The translations under genes and the position numbers were made by a program. The notes beneath the pieces are model-generated. The model was given only the letters and a program-made list of their open reading frames with translations, did not search any database and had not been told where the DNA came from. A stretch of DNA of 64,000 nucleotides from Laspinema sp. D2d (lineage in GTDB: Bacteria > Cyanobacteriota > Cyanobacteriia > Cyanobacteriales > Laspinemataceae): assembly GCF_025370755.1 (NCBI RefSeq), contig NZ_JAMXFC010000004.1:81505-145504 (forward strand), in the 5' to 3' direction. Below, piece by piece: positions 48,639 to 58,976 of this stretch. Each line of letters starts with the position of its first letter. Position 1 is the first letter of the stretch.

Positions 48639-51600
48639 TTACTCTGTCACCTCTAAGCTAGAGGTGGCCGATCGCCCAAATTCTTCGGGGGCATATTGTA
48701 GATGAACATGGGCCCCGGGCCATTCATAGATACCGGGGGTGACCGATCGCACTAAATAGTGCAAGGTGTACAGTCCCGGTTGCAGGCGATCGGCATAGGC
48801 GACGATGCGATCGCTATAGAGGTTTTGATAGCCAATTTCCCAGCTACTTTGTGCGGATTGGACTGCAAAAGTTGCGGTCTGGAAATTGGTATCAACGGCT
48901 TCAAATCCTGCCGGTAGCGGGTCAGTAATCACCACATGATCGACGGGGCGATCGCTGATGATTTCTAATCCGATATCAAACACTTCTCCGGCAGCAACCA
49001 CCAGAGATTTTTCGGGTTTGGCTAACCCAAATTGGGCGATCGCCTTTTCGCCTCCGACTGGACTAATGTTGCGCTGGACTCGCAATCCGTTATACCGTCC
49101 CGGTTGATTTCCCGGTAATCGGTATCCGTATTCCACTAAGTAGTGCAATGTACCGTTTCCGGTTTTATTCAGAGTGAGATTAGTTGATCCTTTGGGAATG
49201 CTATCCATTGCCACTTGGATAAATTGCCGGGAATTGTCATACCCTTGAAACTGTATCGAGTCTAAGGTTTTGCCGCCTAGGTTTGCGGTGGCGGTGAAGT
49301 TGGGGGGGGTGGGTTGGCTGTTGCTGTAGGCGACTAAGGCAGACAAGGCTTCAGCGTTGGCGTAGCTATTCTCCCAGGTTCCCTCCCGGCGTTGGTTGAG
49401 TAACCCTTGAAGGAGGCGATCGCGGACTGTTGGGTTCGTTTCCCGGGCGATCGCCAAGCGGAGGGTTTGTGCTTGGGCGGTGGTGGGAGAACTTAACCAT
49501 TCCCATCCTTGGGGAAGGTTCACGGTGGCCGATCGCCCGGTTTCAGCCACGGTTTCAAATAGCTGGTTAGACAGGGATTGCGCCTCGGTTTGCCAGTCTG
49601 GGAATTGGCCTAAATATCGTGCCAATTTGGTTTGTGCGACGGCATCCAACTCTTCCCGTTGGGCATATATATCCGCGAGGAAGTCATTGCGCCGTTCTCC
49701 CAGTTCTGAGAGGGCCATTAATGCGCCGAGACGGACGCGGTTTTTACAGGATTGACTGTCACAATAGGAGTATTCTCCCGGGTTAGCCAGGGTTTTTTGT
49801 AAGTATCCCCGCAGACGTGAGACCATTGGTTCATCCACTGCAAATCCTGCGGTTTTCCCTTGGGATAAACTTTCCGCAGCGTAAGCGGTGAGGAAGGGGT
49901 CAGATTGGGTTTGTCCTGGATAGGAGGCAAATCCGCCATCGGGGAGTTGCAGTTTTTCAAGGCGATCAAGGGCTATTTTTGCTTGTTCCGGTGGGTTAAA
50001 TTCTCCTAATGCTTGCCGGTACTTTTGGGTCAGAATTTGCAGGTTAGCAGCGACTGCCAATTGTGAGGCTGCTGGTTCTAAAAAGGGTAAGCTATCCTCA
50101 TCTAATGTCTCACGGGCGGGGGCTGTAATTTCCGGGACGAGAGTTGAGGCTAGGTCGATTTGTAATCCTCCGACATTGGGTAGCACGGTGTTGTCTATAT
50201 TCAGGGGGATATCTACCTGATTTTCCGTGGTTCCAGTCTCAACAACGCTCTCACCTACAGAGAGTTCTCTTACGGATAAGGGAACTTCAAAGGCATCTCC
50301 CTCTCGGTTTAGTTTACTGACAAAACGCACGCTTCCTGTGCCGAGGGTGGAGGCTTGCATGGGGAAGCGATAGGCACGAGTTCCTGATGCAGCTTGGGTT
50401 TCCAAGGTTTGGGTATTAGCAGTTTTGTCCGTAAAAGATAGGTTATCACTCACCGAACCTTGGATTTGTAAGCGGCCTTTTTCTCCCGTAGTATTAGTGA
50501 GGGCAATGCCGCCAGAGAAGCGATCGCCCGGTCGCACAAATTGCGGTAATAAGGGAGTCGCCATCAGGGGTTTACTGGAGATAAAGGTATTTTCTCCATT
50601 TCCAAAGCGCATATCCGTGGTGGTAGCAACCGCCATGACTCGCCAGGTGGTTAAATCATCCGGCAGGGGGAAGCTGATGGTCGCCCGTCCGTTGCGATCG
50701 CTGATCACAGACCCGTAATAGGCCAAGGGTTTAAACTCGGTACGAATTCGGGTACTTCCAGACCCCGCAGAGAATCCACCGCCATATCCCCAGCCTTTTT
50801 GCAAGGGAGAACTTAGGGGAGATAGCACCACATCGAAGCGGTTATCACTCCAGCGCGTGGAAATCGGTTGTTCTGCATATACCGTGTCTACTAAGTTGGG
50901 CGGACGATATCCTGTGAGTTGTAAGACGGCCTCATTGACCACCATCACCGTTAATTGGCCTTGAACCGGGCGGTTTTGGCTGTCGGTAACTTGCAATTGG
51001 ACGGTTTCTTGGGTCCCGGGTTGGACAGTTGTTTGGGTGGGAGTGACTTGGACTGTGAGATATTTCTCCCCTAAATCGGTTTTAAACGGTGCAAAACCAA
51101 TTTTGACCAAATCTTCCAAGTTGGTCGGTTCTACTTGGTCTAAGGGCGGTCCTTGGCGGACCAGAACCGCTTCCACTGCCGCATTCGGCAACATTTCTGG
51201 GGTAACTTTAAATTGAATTTGGGGTGCACCGCCACTGACTTTAGTGAGGGTTTGATACAAGGGTTGATCTCGCACAACGGCGAAGTAGAGTTCAGCTTCG
51301 GGGTAGGGAGACTGAATTAAGGCGGTGGCAATCTCACCGGGTTGGTAGGTGTCTTTGTCGAGTTTGACTTCTAGGAAGTTCTCGCGATCGCTACGGCGTC
51401 CCCAACTCACACCCTGGGTTCCTGTGGCCCAAATTTGCACATCAGTGGCAGTGGCGTCGGTTTTGGCGTTGGCAAGGTTGACCTGAATCCGATAGGAACC
51501 CGCTTCAGGAGGGGTGAGAGAGACAGTTTTCGGGGTATTGCCAGTTTTAAGGGTTTCCGTAGCAACGGTTTTATATTCCACCTGATAGCGGGGGGTCCGA

Positions 51601-54377
51601 CTGCCTTCGACAACCCGAGTGACGCTGCTGTAATCCATTTTTTGCAGTTCGACCCGCAGGGTTTGTCCGTTGATGGCTGTTCCGCTGGGGTCGGTGACGA
51701 TCGCCTCAATCGTAAAGGGTTTCCCGGCATCCGCGACAAAGTTGGTTTTAACTCCAATTAATTTGTCGCTGGGTAAGGCGGTTAGAGTTTGAGAATTGGC
51801 GACGGAGAGATTAGAAATATCGGTGACTTCTGCATCAATCCGATAGGTCATGGGATAGGGTAAATCCCGGTCAATCGTAAAGTTTAAGGTACTAGACCCG
51901 GTGTTATCTAACGTTGCGGTTTGTTCAAGGACTTCCGGAGGAATTTCCGGCTGTTCTTCGGGCCAAAACCATTTACGACCAAAGCTGAATTCTTGCCAAT
52001 TCGGAGGGGTAAAGTCCGAGGGCGATCGCGTGACGTAATATTTGGCACTTCCGCCAGAAACTGGGGAACCAAACAGATAGTTACTCTGGGCGGTGGCTTG
52101 GATTTTTTCGTTACTTAGGGCGTAGGTTTTATCGAGGTTCAGTTGAACTTGGAAATTGGGCGGTTTAAAGTCAGCAATCCGAAATTCTCCGTTAATTTCG
52201 ACCTCGTTGTTAGCTTTAGCGACAATGGAATAGTATCCCAAGGGCTGATCGCTATCGATAGGAAGTTCTAAGGAGAAAGTCCCAAATTCATTGGTTGTTT
52301 GAGTGCCGAGGGCGGTTTCGTTGCCCTCCGGGTCGCGCAAGGTGACGGTGTAAGCCGCATTTTTGTGCTGGATTAAATCGCCATTTTCCAGATAATAAGC
52401 GACGCCGGTGAACTCTGCGGTTTCGCCCGGTTTATAGAGTTGGCGATCGCTGAAAATTGTCCCGCGTGAGAGGGGTTTTCCCACATTCCATTCGGCATCG
52501 ATACCGTATCCATAACCCCCACTATATTGCCAAATTCGGGTATAGGCCCAATCTTGGTTTTCTCGGGCGATCGCCACTAATTGCGAAGCTTCTTCTTCAC
52601 CCTGGTTACAACGTTGTACCTGTTGGGAATTCAAGACTAAAAGTCCTGTGGAATTCGTGGTTCCCGTGGCACAGGGGGTTTGTGGCGATCGCGTGGTCGC
52701 ATTGGATTGAGATTGATAAATATCCACCCTTGCGCCCGCAACGGCAGCCCCATCGGATAAATGATTAACTTTCACCAGTCCCGTATCAGGAAACCACTGG
52801 GCAAAAACTCCTAAATTAGTGATTTGAACCAACCCATAATAAGTCGGTTCATTCCATTTTTGCTGCCCATTTTCTTGATAAGAGTTAGTCCGTCCTTGAA
52901 TCCCATAAGCTAACATTCCCGTAGTTCGTCCTAGGCGTTCTCGCAAGGGAATGGCTACTGTAACGCTTTCATTTTTAGGCGTCGAAGCAATGGGGAAACG
53001 TTGCCAATTACTCGGGTTGGGTAATAAGTCGGTTTCATTCCCTCGGGGAGAGGCATAATCGGTAAAGACTAAATCGGTTGGTTCGACAATGCGATAGGCA
53101 GCTTTATAGGCCGAATCCGGCAGATTAACTGCCGAAATAGTCAATTCCAAATCTTTACCTGTTGGAAACACATTCAAGTCTGAAGGGGCCCAAATTTCCG
53201 GGGCTAAATCTCCAGTTTGGTAATTCAGCGTAATCGGTTGCCCTAATTTTTGTCCATATTTATCCTGAACATCAGACCCAATATTAATGGTGTATTGAGT
53301 TGCCGGTTCTAAAGCCCAGGGATTAAGATTGACCCGGTTAGAATCCGGATAAGCCTGAATCAGTTTCGGTTCATCTTTGGGCGGCGGATTGATAGTAATT
53401 TGATTTTCCACCGATTCGGGGTCTATCAAATTATTAAACTTTAACTGCGGTGCGCCATTGACAAAGCGTCCGGAGGCCAACCCAAACTCTGGTTTTCCGT
53501 ACAATTCCATCCCTTGGAATTGCAGGGCTTCATAAGTTTTGACTTCGCTAGAAAAAGGGCGATCGCTGACTAAATTTCCCCGGGCGGGTTCTAATCCCGG
53601 GGAAACTTCCACTCGGTATGCTGTCCCTTTTTCTAACTCCCGTTGTGGAGTAATTTGATAGTCCCAAGTCTGCAAAGAAGGGTCAAAAGCTAAGGCGGAA
53701 CTTGCCGTCAAATTATCCTCAGATTCCACCGCAGCCACTTGGAGGGCAACCCCTTCACTTCTACCCACTGGAACTAATTTAACGTGCTGTTTCAGGGAAT
53801 TGAGATTCAGCGGCACATTCGAGGTAAATTCCAAAGGTTGTTTTAAGTCAATCCATTGGGGTTCGGCATATTCATCCGGAGGGTCACTGGTGGGTAAATT
53901 GGTGAGTTTAATCGGTTCAGTATTGAACGTCCAGGCTAAATCTTGGCTGAGTTGATGATTGTTTAAATCCGCTAAACCCGCTTTTAGAGTAATTTGAATG
54001 CGCGTCGCTTTAGGCAGGGCTTCCTCGGGTTGAAAACCCACCATGCGCGGCGTTAAAAATCTAAATTGTCCCGGGAGTTCCGGGGTGATTTGAAATTGAT
54101 TGAGTTTCGTAATTTGTTCCGGTGAATCCAGGCTTTCTAAGGGAATTACCGGGTCTTTAAATCGGATGCGAATTTGCGCCAACGGGTCCGCTTCTCCCGT
54201 GGGGGAAATCTCCTCGATCCAGTCGGGGAGTTGCGGGGTTGCTAGGGGCGCTACTGCCGGGAGTGGTTTAACGGTTGAACCCGTTTGAAAGAAATTGCAG
54301 GCTGCTATGGTGAATGAAAGTAGCAAACCTAAAATAAACCACGTCCAAGTTCTACGGATTAGACGCATTTTTATCAC
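48639..54377 (-). CDS. Bacterial alpha-2-macroglobulin family lipoprotein (MG-domain protease inhibitor-like), apparently lacking the CxEQ thioester motif.
   Basis: 1912 aa. Lipoprotein signal with lipobox IAAC. The size and beta-rich repeated MG-like domains match the family. No C-x-E-Q found on scanning the translation. Confidence 0.7.
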   Translation of the reverse strand: MIKMRLIRRTWTWFILGLLLSFTIAACNFFQTGSTVKPLPAVAPLATPQLPDWIEEISPTGEADPLAQIRIRFKDPVIPLESLDSPEQITKLNQFQITPELPGQFRFLTPRMVGFQPEEALPKATRIQITLKAGLADLNNHQLSQDLAWTFNTEPIKLTNLPTSDPPDEYAEPQWIDLKQPLEFTSNVPLNLNSLKQHVKLVPVGRSEGVALQVAAVESEDNLTASSALAFDPSLQTWDYQITPQRELEKGTAYRVEVSPGLEPARGNLVSDRPFSSEVKTYEALQFQGMELYGKPEFGLASGRFVNGAPQLKFNNLIDPESVENQITINPPPKDEPKLIQAYPDSNRVNLNPWALEPATQYTINIGSDVQDKYGQKLGQPITLNYQTGDLAPEIWAPSDLNVFPTGKDLELTISAVNLPDSAYKAAYRIVEPTDLVFTDYASPRGNETDLLPNPSNWQRFPIASTPKNESVTVAIPLRERLGRTTGMLAYGIQGRTNSYQENGQQKWNEPTYYGLVQITNLGVFAQWFPDTGLVKVNHLSDGAAVAGARVDIYQSQSNATTRSPQTPCATGTTNSTGLLVLNSQQVQRCNQGEEEASQLVAIARENQDWAYTRIWQYSGGYGYGIDAEWNVGKPLSRGTIFSDRQLYKPGETAEFTGVAYYLENGDLIQHKNAAYTVTLRDPEGNETALGTQTTNEFGTFSLELPIDSDQPLGYYSIVAKANNEVEINGEFRIADFKPPNFQVQLNLDKTYALSNEKIQATAQSNYLFGSPVSGGSAKYYVTRSPSDFTPPNWQEFSFGRKWFWPEEQPEIPPEVLEQTATLDNTGSSTLNFTIDRDLPYPMTYRIDAEVTDISNLSVANSQTLTALPSDKLIGVKTNFVADAGKPFTIEAIVTDPSGTAINGQTLRVELQKMDYSSVTRVVEGSRTPRYQVEYKTVATETLKTGNTPKTVSLTPPEAGSYRIQVNLANAKTDATATDVQIWATGTQGVSWGRRSDRENFLEVKLDKDTYQPGEIATALIQSPYPEAELYFAVVRDQPLYQTLTKVSGGAPQIQFKVTPEMLPNAAVEAVLVRQGPPLDQVEPTNLEDLVKIGFAPFKTDLGEKYLTVQVTPTQTTVQPGTQETVQLQVTDSQNRPVQGQLTVMVVNEAVLQLTGYRPPNLVDTVYAEQPISTRWSDNRFDVVLSPLSSPLQKGWGYGGGFSAGSGSTRIRTEFKPLAYYGSVISDRNGRATISFPLPDDLTTWRVMAVATTTDMRFGNGENTFISSKPLMATPLLPQFVRPGDRFSGGIALTNTTGEKGRLQIQGSVSDNLSFTDKTANTQTLETQAASGTRAYRFPMQASTLGTGSVRFVSKLNREGDAFEVPLSVRELSVGESVVETGTTENQVDIPLNIDNTVLPNVGGLQIDLASTLVPEITAPARETLDEDSLPFLEPAASQLAVAANLQILTQKYRQALGEFNPPEQAKIALDRLEKLQLPDGGFASYPGQTQSDPFLTAYAAESLSQGKTAGFAVDEPMVSRLRGYLQKTLANPGEYSYCDSQSCKNRVRLGALMALSELGERRNDFLADIYAQREELDAVAQTKLARYLGQFPDWQTEAQSLSNQLFETVAETGRSATVNLPQGWEWLSSPTTAQAQTLRLAIARETNPTVRDRLLQGLLNQRREGTWENSYANAEALSALVAYSNSQPTPPNFTATANLGGKTLDSIQFQGYDNSRQFIQVAMDSIPKGSTNLTLNKTGNGTLHYLVEYGYRLPGNQPGRYNGLRVQRNISPVGGEKAIAQFGLAKPEKSLVVAAGEVFDIGLEIISDRPVDHVVITDPLPAGFEAVDTNFQTATFAVQSAQSSWEIGYQNLYSDRIVAYADRLQPGLYTLHYLVRSVTPGIYEWPGAHVHLQYAPEEFGRSATSSLEVTE

Positions 54378-54591
54378 CTAACAGAATAAAGATTATGAGC
54401 AGATATTCTGGAGTTCTGTCCCCAAATGGGGGACACAGATGTGACGATTGTTTACGGAGTCCATCGATAGGGCGGGTTCTGCCAGCCCTAGAGTCTATCT
54501 GCTATTAAAACTCAAAATTTCCAGAGGGGGGAGAATTTGTTGATTTTCTTAATCAAAACAGAATCGGTAGGGAAGGAAAAGGGAAACCACT

Positions 54592-54634
54592 AAAAAACCG
54601 GGTTCAGGCGATCGCACCCAAACCCGGTTTCTTC
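54592..54634. terminator. Bidirectional terminator after the PBP gene, 220 bp upstream of the alpha-2-macroglobulin start.
   Basis: aaaaa + aaccgggtt-(16 nt loop)-aacccggtt + tcttc. Confidence 0.5.
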
Positions 54635-54647
54635 GGTTGATTAGGGA

Positions 54648-56417
54648 TTACTTTTTAAAGTAAGTTCGGTAAACTTCTAGGGCGACGGGGGCCGCTGCAA
54701 CCCCGCCATAGCCCCCATTTTCCACCACTACGGCGATGGAAATTTCGGGATTGACTGCCGGTGCAAATCCGACAAACAAGGCGTGAGAAGGTTGTCCTAA
54801 GACTTCTGAGGTCCCGGTTTTGCCCCCGCTTAAGGGAACCGTCCCATCATTTAAGACTCGGGCGGTCCCTTTTTGCACCACCGAAACCATTCCCTCTTTA
54901 ATCACCGCAATCGCTTCGGGAGAGAGTCCCACAGGTTCGGGTTTGGTGAGGGGAGTATTACTTTGAGAGGCGAGTAAATGAGGTTTGACTCGGTTCCCCC
55001 CATTGGCAAATACGGCAGACATCACGGCGAGTTCTAAGGGGGTGCATAACACCATCCCTTGACCAATCCCCATCGTCACGCTATCCCCGGCATACCAGGG
55101 TTCATTGTACATCCGGAGTTTTTCCTCGGGGGTGGGGATCATCCCGTGAGTTCCGCCATCGAGTCCCAATAATTCTAAGTTGGTAGACTCGCCAATTCCC
55201 AGTTTAGAACCCCACTGAGCGATCGCCTCGGGTCCAACTTCCATCCCGATTTGATAGAAAAAGGTGTTGCTACTGTAGGCTAACGCATCTTGGAATCCAA
55301 TCACCCCATATCCCCCGCTATGTTCGTGAAAGGCAATCCCACCGACCACGATATAGGAAGAGGTCCCCAAATAGGAATCGGGAGCATATTTCCCCGTGCC
55401 AATTCCTGCCGCTGCCGTGACCATTTTAAAGGTACTCCCAGGGGGATAGCCTTGCAACGCCCGATTCAGAAAGGGATTTTCTAACTCCTGCAAACTCTGC
55501 CATTCCGCTGCTTTAACGTTGCGGGTGAAGATGTTCGGGTCAAAACTGGGTCCACTCGCCATTGCCAGCACGCCCCCGGTTTTGACATCCAGGACCACTA
55601 CGGCACCCCTTCGGGACCCCAGTGCTCGTTCCGCAGCTTTCTGGACTTCCGCATCTAGGGTTAACTGGATGGGTTCCCCACTAATGGCCGATCGCACCCC
55701 CAGTTCCCGAATTTCCTCCCCGTTGGCATTCACCTCAACCAGACGATTCCCCCAAACACCCGTCAATTGTTGGTTAATCGTCTTTTCGATTCCCATCTTA
55801 CCGATGATAATTCCCATCGGATAATCTGGGTTCGCCATCAAATCTTCCTGGGTGGCTTCGCCAATATACCCCAAGACATGAGCGCCGGTGTTCTCCTGGG
55901 GATAGTATCGGCTGGATTCGGCCCGAACTTCAATCCCGGGAGTGTCTGCCATTGCCTCCGCTATGGTGACAAACGCTTCGGGGTCAATCCGTTGGGCGAT
56001 CCGGACTGGCATTCCCGAGGCATATCCCGTTTCGTTGATTTTGTTGATAATCTCCTCAGCGGAAACATGAATCAGGGGACTGAGCTTTTTGGCAGTTTCT
56101 TTCCATTGCGCCGGTTGTTGCTCCCGGGGCCATAAATAGACCGCCCTCGCTAACCGATTGGCTGCCATCAGTTTACCCTTACGGTCTACGAGATTGCCCC
56201 GCGCTGCGGGAATCGGAATCAACCGAATTCGGTTATCTTCTGCTCGTTGGCGATACTCTTCCCCTTCTACAATCTGCAACTGTGCCAGACGCATACCACA
56301 TACACCGAGAAGTAAGGTGACGATGCTCATCAGCACAAAGGGTCGGATCGGCGATCGCTTTGCGTCTGTTTTATTCGTACTGACTTTAGAGAAAAAACTC
56401 GTCTGACCGGTAACCAT
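54648..56417 (-). CDS. mrdA: Class B penicillin-binding protein (PBP2/MrdA-type D,D-transpeptidase, no glycosyltransferase domain).
   Basis: N-terminal TM anchor, the conserved RG-x-I-x-DRNG-like pattern (ARGNLVDRKGKLMA), transpeptidase motifs STFK (GSTFKMVT), SSN and KTGT(SE). Confidence 0.75.
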   Translation of the reverse strand: MVTGQTSFFSKVSTNKTDAKRSPIRPFVLMSIVTLLLGVCGMRLAQLQIVEGEEYRQRAEDNRIRLIPIPAARGNLVDRKGKLMAANRLARAVYLWPREQQPAQWKETAKKLSPLIHVSAEEIINKINETGYASGMPVRIAQRIDPEAFVTIAEAMADTPGIEVRAESSRYYPQENTGAHVLGYIGEATQEDLMANPDYPMGIIIGKMGIEKTINQQLTGVWGNRLVEVNANGEEIRELGVRSAISGEPIQLTLDAEVQKAAERALGSRRGAVVVLDVKTGGVLAMASGPSFDPNIFTRNVKAAEWQSLQELENPFLNRALQGYPPGSTFKMVTAAAGIGTGKYAPDSYLGTSSYIVVGGIAFHEHSGGYGVIGFQDALAYSSNTFFYQIGMEVGPEAIAQWGSKLGIGESTNLELLGLDGGTHGMIPTPEEKLRMYNEPWYAGDSVTMGIGQGMVLCTPLELAVMSAVFANGGNRVKPHLLASQSNTPLTKPEPVGLSPEAIAVIKEGMVSVVQKGTARVLNDGTVPLSGGKTGTSEVLGQPSHALFVGFAPAVNPEISIAVVVENGGYGGVAAAPVALEVYRTYFKK

Positions 56418-56828
56418 CTTTATCCCATCCCGCAGGAGTTCACTTCAACACTATCGCGCTAACGGGTCCCCAGACCCAAGGACTGGAGCCGCTATTTTTG
56501 CTACACTCCCTCTAGCTGTTCGATCACTCCGGAAGATTCTATCAAACTCCTGGCGATCGTAACAGGTTCTCCCCCGTCCAGTCGGGGAAGATTTAGAGTC
56601 GGCAATCATCGGCTCCTCGTTGTTATTTTTTATTCCCACAACTTATATCATTTCTTCACTCTATTGCACCCTCGTTCGAGTCTTATTCTACCTCAGACTC
56701 CCTGGGTCCCGGTTGCGGTGCTTCTCCCCCTGATGTTCAATCTTAACGCAATTCGCTACCCTGGGTAAAGAGAGTTGATCCTCTACTCAATCTAATTTTT
56801 ATCGATACTCCTTTTTTAGAACTCCATC

Positions 56829-57689
56829 ATGAATACCCCGAAAATTATCGCTGATTATCACTGTCACAATGCGGAAGTTCCCTCTTGGCATCCGATGGAA
56901 AAACGCCTCTATTGGAGTGATATTCCCACCGGACGGGTGTTTCGCTATGACCCGGCAACGGCATTCCATGAACAGATTTATCATGGGGACTCCGTAGGGG
57001 CGATCGCGGTTCATGAGGACGGTTCTTTACTGTTTTTCATGGCAAAAGGGGCGATCGCCCGCTGGCAAGAGGGCATCCTCACCCCCATCATTCCCGAAAT
57101 CCCTGCTGAACGCGAAACCCGCTTTAATGATTGCATCGTTGACCCAGCAGGACGAGTCTTTAGCGGCACGATGGCAAAAGGCGATCGGCTCGGTTCCCTC
57201 TATCGCCTCAATACGGACGGCACTCTCACCCAAGTGCTGGAACATCTCCAAATTCCCAACGGCATGGGATTCACGCTTGATCACAAACATTTATACTTGA
57301 CCGACTCTCCAAAACGGGAAATTTATCGGTTTGACTACGATGTATCAACGGGAAACATCAGTAACCGCCAAGTCATAATTACCACCCCCGAAGGAGAAGG
57401 CGTCCCTGACGGCATGACCGTCGATGCAGAAGGCTATATCTGGTCCGCCCGATGGGATGGTCATCACCTCTTCCGCTACAGTCCCGACGGTACGGAAGTC
57501 CTGCGCATCCCCTTCCCCCCGAAAAAAGTATCCGCTCTCACTTTTGGGGGAGAAGATTATACAGATATTTATGCAACCACCGCCGGGGGAGACAATCGCG
57601 CCGAAGAAGGAGAAGGTGCGGGTGCGGTATTTTATCTGAATCTAGGCATTCGTGGGATGCCGGAATTTCTAGCAAAAATTGCGGTGTAG
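56829..57689 (+). CDS. SMP-30/gluconolactonase/LRE-family protein.
   Basis: EVPSWHPMEKRLYWSDIPTGRVFRYDP..., six-bladed propeller pattern, DGMTVDAEGYIWSA. Confidence 0.8.
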   Translation: MNTPKIIADYHCHNAEVPSWHPMEKRLYWSDIPTGRVFRYDPATAFHEQIYHGDSVGAIAVHEDGSLLFFMAKGAIARWQEGILTPIIPEIPAERETRFNDCIVDPAGRVFSGTMAKGDRLGSLYRLNTDGTLTQVLEHLQIPNGMGFTLDHKHLYLTDSPKREIYRFDYDVSTGNISNRQVIITTPEGEGVPDGMTVDAEGYIWSARWDGHHLFRYSPDGTEVLRIPFPPKKVSALTFGGEDYTDIYATTAGGDNRAEEGEGAGAVFYLNLGIRGMPEFLAKIAV

Positions 57690-57741
57690 TGTAATTAGGT
57701 CTATAAAAACTCGCACCCGTCAACGGTGGAGCTATACGGAC

Positions 57742-57762
57742 AGAGCCTCTCCTGCGCGGGCT
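57742..57762. repeat. Copy 2 of the short dispersed motif agagcctctcctgcgYgggct.
   Basis: See 47643-47663. Lies about 100 bp upstream of the HDAC-family gene. Confidence 0.6.
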
Positions 57763-57861
57763 ATATAGAGAAGAAAACGGTCTGTTTTTGAGATAAAGCT
57801 CAAAAGTCACCTAGACAGGGCTAGGATGAGTTGACCCTGGTAACGTTAAACTTTCCCTGAC

Positions 57862-58779
57862 ATGGACTTACCCATCGTTTACCACCCTGCCTATGTGGCC
57901 CCTTTGCCGCCCTCCCATCGGTTCCCGATGGAAAAGTTTCGGTTACTCTATGAAATGCTCTTAAGCGATCGCCTCATCACTGCGGAACAGTGTCACAGGC
58001 CCGAATTACCCCCCCAGGACTGGATTGAATCGGTCCATGACCCTGGGTATGTCCAGGCATACTGCCAAGGTACGCTGGACCCGAAAGCACAGCGGCGGAT
58101 TGGATTACCCTGGACGGAGGCGATCGCCCATCGCACTTGTATCTCCATTGGTGGGGGAATTTTGACCGCTAAACTGGCGTTAGAGTATGGATTAGCTTGT
58201 AATACCGCAGGGGGAACCCATCACGCCTTTCCTGATTTTGGGTCAGGGTTTTGCATTTTCAATGATTTGGCGATCGCCTCAAGGATGATCCAAAAATTAG
58301 CAGGAATTCACAAAGTTTTAATTGTAGATTTGGACGTTCACCAAGGGGATGGGACGGCCTTTATTTTTAAACATGACCCGGATGTTTTTACCTTTTCCAT
58401 GCACTGTGAGGCTAACTTTCCCGGGCGAAAACAAATGAGTGATTTAGATGTACCCTTGCCGGTGGGAATGGAGGATGATGAATACTTGCAAACCGTGGCT
58501 CATTATTTACCCGATTTACTCTCCCAATTCCAGCCGGATTTAGTTTTGTATGATGCGGGAGTTGATGTTCATGCAGGCGATCGCCTGGGTAAATTAGCCC
58601 TGAGTGATACAGGCATTTTTCGCCGGGATATGCAGGTATTAAGCACCTGTGTCGCCGCTCGATATCCCGTTGCTTGTGTGATTGGGGGCGGATATTGCGA
58701 GGATATCCGAGGTTTAGTGTATCGCCATTCGCTCTTACATCGTGCTGCCGCTCAAGTGTATCGCCAGTATCGACTTTAG
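57862..58779 (+). CDS. Histone deacetylase superfamily protein (AcuC / acetylpolyamine amidohydrolase-like).
   Basis: GGTHHAFPDFGSGFCIFNDLAIA, DLDVHQGDGT, 305 aa. Confidence 0.8.
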   Translation: MDLPIVYHPAYVAPLPPSHRFPMEKFRLLYEMLLSDRLITAEQCHRPELPPQDWIESVHDPGYVQAYCQGTLDPKAQRRIGLPWTEAIAHRTCISIGGGILTAKLALEYGLACNTAGGTHHAFPDFGSGFCIFNDLAIASRMIQKLAGIHKVLIVDLDVHQGDGTAFIFKHDPDVFTFSMHCEANFPGRKQMSDLDVPLPVGMEDDEYLQTVAHYLPDLLSQFQPDLVLYDAGVDVHAGDRLGKLALSDTGIFRRDMQVLSTCVAARYPVACVIGGGYCEDIRGLVYRHSLLHRAAAQVYRQYRL

Positions 58780-58860
58780 GTCAACCCTGCTGGACCTATG
58801 ACAAGCCCCTTTCTGGACTTGCCACAGGGGATACCAAATCCGGCATTCAAAGTATTTCTT

Positions 58861-58913
58861 GTAGGGGCGCAATGCTTGCGCCCTTCCTTGGGGCGCAAGC
58901 ATTGCGCCCCTAC
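58861..58913. repeat. 53-bp compound palindrome (two 23-bp arms, each itself a GC-rich hairpin, with a 7-nt spacer) between convergent genes.
   Basis: gtaggggcgcaatgcttgcgccc-ttccttg-gggcgcaagcattgcgcccctac. The arms are exact reverse complements of each other. Confidence 0.85.
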
Positions 58914-58976
58914 TTGACCGGGCTAGGTTTTATAGACCTATCACAACCGGATTCCCGATGAAATGCCCCAGCAGAA

